From Psilocybe cubensis (Eukaryota), in assembly GCA_017499595.2 (NCBI GenBank), contig CM039005.1:2914001-2978000 (forward strand): a DNA stretch of 64,000 nucleotides, given 5' to 3'. Shown piece by piece: positions 51,389 through 62,740 of the stretch. The notes beneath the pieces are model-generated. The model saw nothing but the letters and a program-made list of their open reading frames with translations, was not told the origin of the DNA and did not search any database. The position numbers were made by a program, and so were the translations under genes. Position 1 is the stretch's first letter. Every line of letters starts with the position of its first letter.

Positions 51389-51838
51389 TGTCAGGGTTTC
51401 TCCAGTTTCCCCTCTTTATCTTCACAGAATTATCTTATCCTTTCATTATCTTATCAATTATCTGATTAGATAGTTTATTTCTTTCATCACAGCCTTCTTG
51501 CTCCACTTCTTTCTAGTAAATTCTATATGATTCCTAGTCTTACTCATCCTTTTTCTATATGATGTCACTTTTATTCTTTAACCTTCCTTTATGATGTAAT
51601 GTAGGGAATATTCTAGAATAGCTGTAGAGTATAAATACTGGACTTGTAGGTAGCTGTAGCTTCAGCTTCAATCTCTTAGGATATCCACTATCATTGGTGT
51701 GATCTCTTAGAACCATTGAATCTCTCTCACTCTCTTATTCTCTCTTTGCTCTCTTACTCTCCCTCTGCTCTCTCTTTCTCTTTCTTGCTTAATCTTTGTT
51801 GGTGGCCTTGTCACACTGATTATAGTGTTGCCCTGACA
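51389..51838 (+). repeat. 3' LTR
   Basis: No differences from the 5' LTR found by eye. Confidence 0.97.
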
Positions 51839-54800
51839 GCTAAGAGCACGCCTTAGACGTGAACAACAACCAGGACCGATCCGCTCGCCGGAGGAAATCG
51901 AGGAATCAGTGCACGTACTGACTCGGGCTTTGCAAGACACGATCGTGAAAGAGGTCAAGCTGCGCAAGCCGTTGCCAGACAAGAAGTGATGGTGGACAGG
52001 TGATGTAGAAGAGGCAAAACGGTACAAAAACAGGCTGAGCAGTTTACATCACAGGTTCCGGGCGCTGCCAGACCATCCCTGTCACCTTGAATACAAAGCA
52101 GCAAAACGGTCGTTTGCAAGGTTGGTAATCGAGGCAAAGAAGACGCACTGGGAAGAGTGGCTACTCGAAGCAGAAGGCGGCGATATTTGGACAGCAAACC
52201 GGTACTTCAAGAACCCGACAGGAGACGGAGGCAGACCACGCATTCCATCCCTGCATGTCAGCAACGAGTACGAGGAGCTAGAAGAGGTAACCACTAATGA
52301 GGAGAAAGCTCAAGTTTTCGCTAGAGCCTTCTTCCCCAAAAAGCCACTCCACTCGTCGGTCCCACTCGACTACCAGTATCCGGAAGCACTACCCGACCTG
52401 GGGGCAATCACAAGAAGTCAGATCACCCGGCAACTTCGACGACTGTCACCACACAAGGCACCTGGAATCGATGAAATCCCCAACGTAGTGCTCCAGAAAA
52501 CGGCCCCAATTATTACAGACCACCTCTATCACCTGTACAATGCTATTCTGGATACAAACTACTATCCGGCATCGTGGAAACACTCGATCACGGTAGTTTT
52601 AAGAAAACCAGGTAAACCTAACTACAAGATTGCAAAAGCTTACCGTCCTATAGCCCTCCTCAACACTCTCCCAAAAGTGCTGACGGCGATAGTAGCGGAA
52701 CGCCTGAGTTTCATCACGGAAACTCACAATCTGCTCCCGGATACACACTTTGGAGGCCGCCCAGGTAGGACGACCTCCGACGCCATGCACTACCTTACCG
52801 AAAAAGTCAAATCTGCATGGAGAAGAGGTAAAGTAGCCTCAATCCTGTTCCTAGACGTCGAGGGCGCCTTTCCGAATGCGGTCACGGATCGTCTCCTTCA
52901 CAATCTGAGGAAACGCAGAATACCAAAGAAATATGTTGACTTCATCGCAAACCTACTCAAAGATAGGAAGACGAAACTGAAGTTCGACGATTTTATATCC
53001 GCTCTGATGAAAATCGACAATGGTATTGGCCAAGGTGACCCTCTCTCCATGATACTGTACATCATTTACAATGCAGATCTGCTTGAAATCGTCAACCGGG
53101 AGGACGACGAGGATGCGATTGGCTATGTCGACGATGTAACAATGATTGCAGTGGGAGATACAATGGACGAAACCACTGACAAGCTCAGCATTATCATGAA
53201 CGACGAAGGAGGGGCCCAGACATGGAGCGACGACCATAACTCAACGTTTGAAGTGTCGAAACTGGCGATAATGCATATGGACCCGCGCGACCCTGACACA
53301 CTGGATCATCCACGTCTGGAAGTGAAAGGGGAGTTGGTAAAACAGGTGAACCACTTTAGATGCCTTGGTTTTCAGATTGATTGTCGTCTGCAGTGGAAGG
53401 TGCACTTACAGAAGGCAACAGAGAAGGCAACAAAGTGGCTGTCGAACTTCCGACGGCTGTCCAAACCAAGCACGGGCATCCAACCCAAGCTAATGCGTCA
53501 ACTGTACATAGCGACGGTGATCCCAAGGCTCGCATACGGTATTGATGTTTGGTATACACCACCTACGAAACCAGCGGGATACCGCAGGAATACAGGGTCG
53601 GTAGCCGCGCTCCGACAAATGACAACGATACAGCGGAAAGCTACTCTCGTAATCACTGGAGCCATGCGGTCAACACCAACAGAGCTACTGGATGCCCATG
53701 CGGGCGTCCTGCCACTCGAACTCCTGCTGCTGAAGATTTGCCACAGAGCGGTAACGCGGATGTGCACCCTGCCAATGACGCACCCTCTCCACAAGGCAAT
53801 CCAGAGTGCAGGCACAAGAACTCAACGAAGGCACAGATCCCCAATATATCTACTGCTTAAAATCTTTGACATGGCACCCGAGTCAATGGAAACAATCTCT
53901 CCATTCACAATACCACCCACGTACAACCCTCCGTTCAAAATCGTTATCGCGAGAACTCGGAAGGAATCAATGCGAATTGAAAAGGAGTGCAAAGCTAAGT
54001 TCAGAATCTACTCGGATGGATCGGGTCATAACGGTCACGTAGGTGCTGCGGCCGTCCTATTGAAAACAAGGAAGGATCGACATGGGAAGGTACTCCGCAA
54101 ATACCTGGGCCCAAAAGAGAAACACAACACGTATGAAGCGGAGGGTGTTGGAAGCATCCTGGCCCTAGAGCTGGCTCGAAGCGAGAAACCAGAAGCAAAC
54201 GATGAAATCGCAATCTTTAGCGACAACCAGTCCCTTCTAACAAACTCAAACATGCCTAGAGCTAAGTCGGGTCAATATCTAGCACGGAAATTGATTGACG
54301 CAGCACAAGTCATACAGGGGAGGATTACACTGTACTGGATTTCCGGCCACTCAGATGTATTGGGTAATGAAAGAGCCGATGAAGAAGCGAAACGAGCGGC
54401 CGAGGGAGACAGCAGTCCGATGGAGGAGCTTCCGACATCTCTGCAGCACGCCCTACCCGCCAGCGCATCTGCAGAACGACAAGCCTATCACGTCGAACTA
54501 CTATCCATGTGGGAAGAACGCTGGAACGAGTCCAAACGAAAGGCGATATTCAACACAAAGAAGATCGACACCGAGTTCCCATTTACAAAATTCAGGAAGA
54601 CAGCACAGCGACTGAACAGAGCTCAAGCTAGCATCCTGGTACAACTACGCTCCGGACACGTAGCGCTGAACTCGCACCTCAGCAAATTCGATCCCAAGTT
54701 CACAAAACATTGCCCGAAATGCTACGAGCGACGAATGGGCGAACGGGCGACAGAAACAGTCAAACACTTCCTGTTCGAATGCAGGGCGCACAGCAGTCAA

Positions 54801-56951
54801 AGGCAAGAAATGTGGGCGGAGATCGGCGACAAAATCACGAATCTAGAGGATCTTACAACGAAATATGCGAATGCTAAAGCACTGGTGACATATATTGCAA
54901 AAACAAAGAGGCTAAAACGAACATACAAAGACGACATACTACTACGAGGACTGGAGGAGGAGGAGGACTAGGGAGGAGGGAACAAACACACAAAGTGGTC
55001 CAAGGGACCGCGAAGACAAAAGGAGGTCAAGGAGGTGGAATACACCAGGAGGGAAGGAACTGCCTAAAGGAGGCGCTGGAGGCGCTGGGCCAAACAACCC
55101 GGGGAAGGGGTTGGGTCTAGAGGGGGGACGAGAGGGCCCTCCGAGACGCAGGCACAGGCCGATGAAGGCAACCACGGGCTCGGGGAGTCTATAGGTAAAT
55201 TAGTAGTACTACGCCGAGGGAGGGATCCTCCCCTCAGAGGCGCTAACACAAAAATAAAAAAAAAAAATAAAAAAACTCCTCCGGGAAACACGCGATTCGC
55301 CGGGATAGAACCCCAGAAGCTTTTCTCGTTCTTCTACAATGTGCTTGGGGTACTGAGTGACGATATCGCCGCCTTGAAAGTTTATGTAGAGGCAGTTAAC
55401 GAAGTGCGCGCGGAGGAATATGTCCTTGGGTCCGATTTTGAACTGGGCTTTAAGACTCGGATGATGGAAGTAGGCTTGGATATTGGGTCCGATGAGTGGT
55501 TGTGCCGCTGGTCCGAAGTTTTTGAGTACCACGATGCGATAGTCGTCCTGAAAGTGGATGCATGTCATTTCATGCTGATTATTTTTCTAGCTTAGGAAAA
55601 CAAGTAGCGGGATACTGACATCTACGTCAACGCCAAACGCCCCGTCAAGGAAAGCATCCGCCAAGTCCTTGAGAAGCGTAAATGCATTGTCGGACTTGTA
55701 AAGCTCCGTGGTCGATTTGTATACACCACCACCATCGACATACCTCATCTAAATTTTCGAGAATCAGCCCATAGAACTTTTGACAATAGAGGATTGCACT
55801 CACAGCAAACGGTAAAGGAGGTGGAACTGCCCATACAACAGTGATTGCATCATCTCCTGCAGTGCCGGAAATGAGACACCGTCCGTTGTCACGTTCGAGG
55901 ACCTCCTTCTGAATATCATCTGGGACTTCTATCGTATGAATATAAAATCCCACCATGTACATCATTTCAGGAGCCACAGGCCGAAGCAGCCAGGATTTCT
56001 CTTTTGGCAATGTCGATTGATATTTGATTTGTTTGAAAGACAGTATGTTGCTCGTAGGAGCTATAGGATCGATTTTCTTATCTGCCTCATCGAATAATAT
56101 GCGCAGTCTGCAAAACAAACACAATAATATACGACAAAAGGAGGTGCTCACTTGCAAAAACTTGAAAGTCGTAGTCCCCAGGGGGCAGCGGCTCAGTCGA
56201 CATTTCCGGGATATTCTCCCCGCTCCGATATCGTTCGTAGTAGAATAGTCCAATTGGAACACTGGTGATTTTTACGGGATATATCTCGAACTTGACACGG
56301 CGGTCGTTGCTGGTATCAAGAAGACTGGCCCATGTGTGTAGAATTTTGCTGGTGATTGGCGTTACGTTGTGGTTCAGCCCTGTGGATGTCGTTATACCAT
56401 TAGCAACAAAAGACGATGGATGAATCATGAGCCTCTAACGCACCACCGATGAGTCGATGACTGGTTGGTGCCCAGAAGAACGTGTCTTTTCCGAGTGTCT
56501 TCGATACTTTTGAGAGTACGTGTTTTGGCTTGTATTGATCCTCGTTGGGGAGTTGATTTTCAGCTTCTGGCATAGCAGGCTCTTGTGTGTGTTTACTGCC
56601 GACGCTGGCTGGGGTGCTCGGTAGGGCGATGGACATTGGAGATGGACGATTATCGACACTATTCGTTGTATTGATGATCATCAAATTCTCACAATTCACT
56701 TACTACAAAAATATCCTTGCCGTTACTACAAAATTGAAAAAATGGGTACGAGACTTCACTAAGTTATTGCTTATTGGCCGAGCATGCGGAGTTCGAATAT
56801 ATAGCTTACAATCGCACTCCGAGCCGCGCGGCATCATCAGACAGGTATTATAACTGTGGGAATGTGAGGAACATGATAGCCTTGCTCACCGTACGTAAAG
56901 TCATCGATTCATCTGCCTTTTCTCAGCGATTCGTTAGGCGCAAAAGATCAA

Positions 56952-58497
56952 ATGTCGGATTCGGAGAAAAACAAACCTGAAAGTGGAAAGCATGATGAGG
57001 AAAATGCAGATGCACGCGTATCTAGTGAGCTTAGTTCCGAGAAAGTACACGTTAAGAAGACCAAGTGAAAACACGTCTCATTTCAGTTACACCCTCAGAA
57101 GTTGAGGCGCAATACCAGCCACAGCATATACTTTCAAAGGTATCCAAGGACCTCGGCAAGGACATTTTCTTCTGGACTCCAAAGAGTATGCACCTCATGG
57201 GCGGTGAGTAAGAGGTGTGGCCAGTATCGCAAGTATGTCGGCTGATGCTCATCGTAGGGTTGAACCATAATGTCACACCAATCAACAGCAGGATTCTGCA
57301 TCTTTGGGCCACTCTTCTCGATTTCAGAAAGGAACGTCGCGTCAAGTTCGAGGTATTCCCAGTGACAGTGAAAAGAATTCCTACCGGAATATTCCACCAC
57401 GAACGATATCGCAGTGGAGAGAACATCCCCGAGATGTCGACTGATACGCTGCCCCCTGGGGATTATGATTTCCATGTTTTTGGCGGTGTGTAAATTGCAT
57501 ATGGTATTGTATACGTACTCAAAGGATATTTAATTTGCAGAGAAAAAAATACATCCTTTTTATCCGACCTTTAACATTCCATCTTTTAAGAGAGTCAAAT
57601 ATTTAACCACACTTCCAAAGGAAGAAGCAGTCTTGATTTACACCGTCAGACCAGAAGAAGTGTTCATGGTAAGCAATATCCCCCAATATTAAATTCTAGG
57701 AAATACTTGAAAAGTTCAATAGTTTGACGTACCCGACGACGTCCAGAAGCATGTTCTCCAAAGAGATCACGGACAATGTGTAGTTACTGGCGTTTCGGGA
57801 GACGATGTAGTTTCTGTCGTATGGGCAGTTCCACCTCCATTAATTTATGCGGTAAGGGATCTGATTTGTCATTCTTCGACCTTGAGTACTAATTCCATAT
57901 AAAAAGATGAAGTATGTGGAAGGCGGACGCACATACAGCGCAATGGGGGAACTCTACAAATCAATTAATGCTATCACACTTCGAAAGGACCTCGCTGATG
58001 CTTTCCTTGATGGAGCTTTTGGCATCGATGTAGATGTCTGTGCTTGATATGCCTTATTTCTTCAAGACTTTACTTACTATGAATAACATTTGCAGGACGA
58101 TTACCGAGTTGTGGTACTCCGTAATTTCGGACCGGAGGCGCAGTCGCTCATTGGAACCAACATCCAAGCATACTTCCGTCAACCCGGCGCTAAGGATCGA
58201 TTTGAAGGACCTATGGACATATTTCTCCGTGCTCATTTCGCTAATTGCCTTTTTGTCAACTTTCAAGGCGGTGATATTGTCGATCAATACCCAATGCACG
58301 TTGTCGGTGAAAGATGTAACCGACTTGGTCTTTCTCTGGGTGAATCGCGCATTTCACGTCGGAGCAAATTGTGGAATGACGAATTGAGCCAGATTTTATA
58401 TGAACACTGTTACGGAAGGCCCTTTGGTCCTCATCCAGACAACAGTGATTCGGAGTTTCAATACGAGTCGGACTTGGACGAGGAGGGTTGGCAGTAA
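56952..58497 (+). CDS. Pseudo-HNH family protein, copy D (head-to-head with E-prime)
   Basis: MSDSEKN..(extra intron from ~57025)..KDIFFWTPKSMHLMGG / ..TLPPGDY / RDHGQCVVTG..VVWAVPP / INAITLRKDLADAFLDGAFGIDVD / DDYRVVVL..DIFLRAHF..DNSDSEFQYESDLDEEGWQ*. Confidence 0.85.
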
Positions 58498-59330
58498 CGG
58501 AAGCGAAGAAGATGGTGGCCAAGGTGACACCACGAGACCAAATCAAGGGACACAGTGTAGTTGTTCATACTAGTTGACAATATATGACATTTCTGCCCAT
58601 AAATTACTACCATAGCAAAGTTGAGTGGTTATTATCATCAACGAAATGGAAGACTGTGATTATACCGGTGCCCTGACATAGGCAAGAATTGATAGATAGC
58701 CATTACTGACGACATAAGATAATTTCATGATGTCTTTAATCTCAAGCCACACTAGTACTCTTCGTCGTAGTTTCTGCCAGTCCCTTCCGTTAATTTACTC
58801 CCAACGAGATGACATGTGTTGCTTGCATTTCTTTAGATTGTATCTTTCACCCTGCATTACCAGTGTGCTACAGTAGTGTAGACGGTATCGGGGCCAAATT
58901 ACAACTCGAAATAGGGAGGTATCAGAATACGGTCATGACTGTATCCCAAGCCAGTCGTGTTTTTGGTTTACACAATCAATTTTTTGCGATTTAGGAGGAG
59001 AAGGCTACGACATCTGAAGCGAAGAGCCCTGTGTTGGCCTATGTTGCTGGCCTGCACGACAATACTTTAAAGCAAATTCACTTATATGACTTCGTCGAAT
59101 TTGCGTCGAATAGCCCATAGTGTTACCGCAAAGCCGAGACCCGACCTTGTTAAGTTCCCACGAGCACGCACAAGTAAACAAACAAACACGGCGATGCCAT
59201 CACATAGATAAGATAGTAGTAATTTTGTTACTAAGATAATTTCATTGTCCTCGATCTCGAACTATATCTACCACCCAAGCCTCTCCGCCGATTCCGTCAA
59301 TCCACCGCTACATCCACACAGGAGCAATAT

Positions 59331-60267
59331 CTATTTGCCTTTTCTTTCATTCAAATCGAATCTTCCGCCTTTGGTTACCCACCTGCCAAAGGCATCAATG
59401 CGCCCCTTGGAATGTGGATCGGGGCCGACGTTGCTGCTGCCGTCAGAGTGCCTGCGTAGGTTCTTGTCACTGAGCATGTATTGACGGAAAGAAATAGGCT
59501 CACCTTTGAATTTGGGCACCGTCATCCCCTTGGGAGTGCATTGGGGCGGACTCTGCACCCCTACTACTACCCCTTCCATCACCCAGGCCTTGCTCTACTC
59601 GCGTGCGAGGCCGGGTCTCACTGCTTCCGCGGGCACTATGCAACCGTTCGTCAACACCAATTACATGAAAGGCAGAGATATATACATTACCTTTGAGCTG
59701 TGGTTGGGCGGATATACTCCTCATTCCGCTCAACGGGACGATTCCCGGAGCATTCTGTGTCTTCGCGCGGGTGTCCATGTTCAATTGTATGAAATATCAT
59801 ATTCTGCCTTTCCTGAGTGGTGACCGAAGGTTGCTGTTCAAAATCTCCCAACCTTGAACCGCTGGGAGTGTTATTGAAGTTGCGTTCATGGATTGTAATA
59901 TGGCTCTGCCCCTGGTTCTGGCTTACAGCTACATCCCCTACTCCGGAATACTGCCGATAGTACTCGGGATGACAAGCCCATATATCAGGATACACCTCCA
60001 GAGAGAGCGAATCCGGCCAGTTTGTAACTCTACGAGGAAGATAGTAGTGTACTGTGTCGGGGCCAAATGGTAATTCGGAATACGGGGGTATGACAAGATA
60101 TTCAAGGCTGTCTTCCAAGTCAGCCGTATCTAAGGTTTCCACAATCAGATGTTTACGATTTTGGAGGAGATTCAAATGGCTATACGTACATCCAAGTCCA
60201 TTGGTGGGAATCGAAGTGTCGGATAGACGGGAGTGCTTGGTGATGATGTCGCGCTCGAGTAATCCAT
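59331..60267 (-). CDS. Uncharacterised gene C-prime (single-unit version of gene C)
   Basis: MDYSSATSSPSTPVYPTLRFPPMDL / DTADLEDSLEYLVIP.. / .. / ..ERKGK*. Same introns as the second unit of C. Confidence 0.6.
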
Positions 60268-62035
60268 TGATAAGTTGCAGGAGCTCAGAAACAAGGAAAC
60301 TGTAAATCTTGGGTACAGCTATACTGGACATTTATAAAGGTAAACAGTGTATTAACATGCGTGTACTTCGTGTCTACCGCTCACAGTACAGCAATTCAAA
60401 CGATTCGGAACTATTTCATCTGTCTGCACAGCTCGGACTTACCTCGATCGTTCTGCGAACATGAAGTTCACAGAGAGTCCACTAAACCTCAAGGCAGGCT
60501 GGAATGCGTGTCCCGGATAACCTCCAGCCTCGTTTATTGCAACTGCGCAGTCCATGTTGTGTATTCAGTCCCGCGGAGTGGCACTTGCGTTGAGGAAGGC
60601 AGAGAAAGCCGGTCTCCATTACAATTCCTCCTTACTAGGGTATAGGGCAATGGTAAAGCCCATACCGAATTTAGGCTGAGGTTTGAACATCTTCGAAATT
60701 CCCTGAGTCGTTTCGAATCCAACAAAGAGCCGTAACGGATGCATTCCGAAAAACCCAGGAGGTTGCTTTTTTAGCTGGGAAGTTACGTTTTGACGAGGAT
60801 GTATCGTGGCGCAGTCAAATTCCTCTTTAGCATATATATCTGTTAAGGGAAATAGCAACACGTCATGGATGGGCAGCACCCACTAATGTGCCTACCGCCG
60901 TCGGGATGGGGGGAATGGGGCCTCGATATATCTGACTCGCGTGAGCTCAAAACTTGAGTAGTAAAGACGATGGTGGATATTAAGGCTGATAGGAGCTCGT
61001 GATTTAACTTTGGCTTTGAGGTTACAATGTCAATCAATAAACTATGCAGTTTGCTATCAGACACTCCGGTCCACTGGAAAAGTGTGAGAGTTTTGATCTC
61101 TGACTTTGCCAAGCTTTTACAAGTTATTCATCGATGGTACAGGGTAGTAAAAATAGTAAGATAGTATTATTTTGATACTTGAGCTTCGCAGAGCCATGTG
61201 TTCTATCTCTATTAAGTAAGTAGTCTGATTTCAGAGATTTACAGCCACAGAAACGAATCCTGATTTGCAAAAGATATAGGCGTTCTTCTAATCAACGTAC
61301 ACAGAAGTAGACTTGTATGGACGGCTACATAGTGGCTCATGTAGACAGCTTTTAACATCGTTCAGACTTTCCGAACCTACTGCATATCAATCTTCCTTTC
61401 TCGCGGCTTTCACTGAATCGTGGTTTCATGGACCACAAACTTAGGCCCAAAATAACTTTAGATATGCCTCAAGAGTTAGGCAATTCCAGGATCGGTGCCA
61501 TGTTTATTTTATATCAGAAAAATACTCGACATATGTAAAGAATATGTCTGCCTCAAGATACGTATGTACATTATTTGGAAAGAGTAAACCAAAGTAGGAG
61601 CTTCATGCTCTCGCTTCTGCCTTAAATGCGCTCGGACATAACTTTATATCGATTTGACTCCCCACCTTTGTCACCACAAATGATTAAATAGGGAAGTACC
61701 GGTGGGAACAATCTTTGGATTTTCTGTTACATTACTCTATCTCTCACTGTATGGTCAGTTTGTGTGATCAAAATGCGTGTCTATCAACCCAGATTCGTGG
61801 ATTTCATGCTTCTAAATGATGTACTGGATCTCTTCCATTGTAAATCATCTGTTGGCTATGGATAATTTGGAAATATTGTTTTTCCATTGAAAGAGCGGTG
61901 TGAATATGGAAGACACATGATCCACTTTTCCTCAGGCCCAAAAGTATTAAAGGCGAGCGACACTGGAGACTACAGTAGGCCGTCTCTTGGTTTACCACAT
62001 CTATCTGAATCAGTTCAGCTTTACATCCAACAGCC

Positions 62036-62740
62036 ATGAAATTCTCTTTGTCCATTGCCGTATGTCTGGCTGCTATGGCTTCAGCGGCCAGCGTTGGGAC
62101 CACTACCGCATCAACCATGAAGGCTATTATGGGAGACTTCTCCAAGCTTGGGCAACAGTTCGCAAAAATCGCCAACGATGTTAATGCCTTCCCTCAAACA
62201 GGAATGGCGGGTGTTCAGGTAAGGCAAACAAAATATTGGCAAATAATTACTGAAACCTTGCGTGTAGGATATACACAACGATGCGGCTGTCATTCACGAC
62301 CTCTTCTCGAGCGTGAATGACAATCTAGATGTAAGTACAAAGACGTGTACAATGTCCCCGGATGACCTGATTGGCGTTGTTTAGGCTCTTCCAAGACCAG
62401 TATCGGATGAGCATGTCCTCAAAGTCTTTTCTACGTTTAACAGCTTCACCCCCGACATCATGGACTATCTCAACGGGATCACGGAAAAATCTGCTGACTT
62501 TAAAGCTCTTGGCACGGCTTCCTCAACGATCTCTATCGACTTACAGGCCTCTGTGAAATCGTGCGCACAATTCGGACAAACAATAATGACAATGATTCCT
62601 GTGAGTGCCTTTTAATATTGAATATACTGCGTGATGATGACGCCATGACGATATGCAAGCCCGCTATGAGCGACACAGCGAGCGCTACGTTCAACGAAGT
62701 CGATGTTGCCAGGCAAAATGCCATTGCTTCTCTTGCTTAG
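62036..62740 (+). CDS. Secreted HsbA-like protein, 4 exons
   Basis: Signal peptide MKFSLSIAVCLAAMASA, then DIHNDAAVIHDLFSSVNDNLD / ALPRPVSDEHV..EKSADF.. / ..VDVARQNAIASLA*. Same intron layout as 34950-35637. Confidence 0.7.

Larger units (their letters stand above)
45446..51838 (+). mobile_element. Intact Ty3/Gypsy chromovirus LTR retrotransposon (6,393 bp)
   Basis: TSD GCTAA at 45441-45445 and 51839-51843. Two 450-bp LTRs. gag plus pol in PR-RT-RH-IN-chromodomain order. Confidence 0.97.
44617..54971 (+). pseudogene. LINE ORF2 (APE endonuclease, RT, RNase H, CCHC); parts 44617-45445 and 51844-54971
   Basis: APE motifs QINLN, LIQEP, GDFN, TDH. RT motifs QGDPLS and YVDD. RNase H YSDGS..GNERAD. 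C-terminal CPKC..ETVKHFLFEC. Interrupted by the Gypsy element and by an in-frame TGA at 51987-51989. Confidence 0.93.
42854..55274 (+). mobile_element. Full-length Tad1-like LINE (non-LTR retrotransposon) with nested LTR element
   Basis: TSD ACTCCTCCGGG at 42843-42853 and 55275-55285. 3' A-rich tail about 55250-55274. ORF1 and ORF2 domains present. Confidence 0.95.
42648..56636 (-). pseudogene. Pseudo-HNH copy E-prime, split in its last exon by the LINE (parts 55275-56636 and 42648-42853)
   Basis: ..GFYPGESRVSRRS ends at 55275 and RRSRLWKDELSQLIYEHY.. resumes at 42853. The same sequence is contiguous in copy E. Confidence 0.9.
40245..60650. repeat. Inverted segmental duplicate of about 16940-23975, expanded by the nested TE insertion
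   Basis: Reverse-complement matches: CAP-Gly end and 3' region (40245-42640), gene E (42648-42853 and 55275-56700), gene D (56700-57990), gene C and its promoter (59093-60650). Confidence 0.9.

Noticed and set aside
45446..51838. RIP-like or in-place mutational decay as the cause of CpG absence
   Set aside because: In-place hypermutation would be expected to create stops and LTR differences; both ORFs are open and the LTRs match.
12607..58497. Calling the family active HNH or homing endonucleases, or transposases
   Set aside because: Both key histidines are substituted in all readable copies, and no TIRs or TSDs flank the individual genes.
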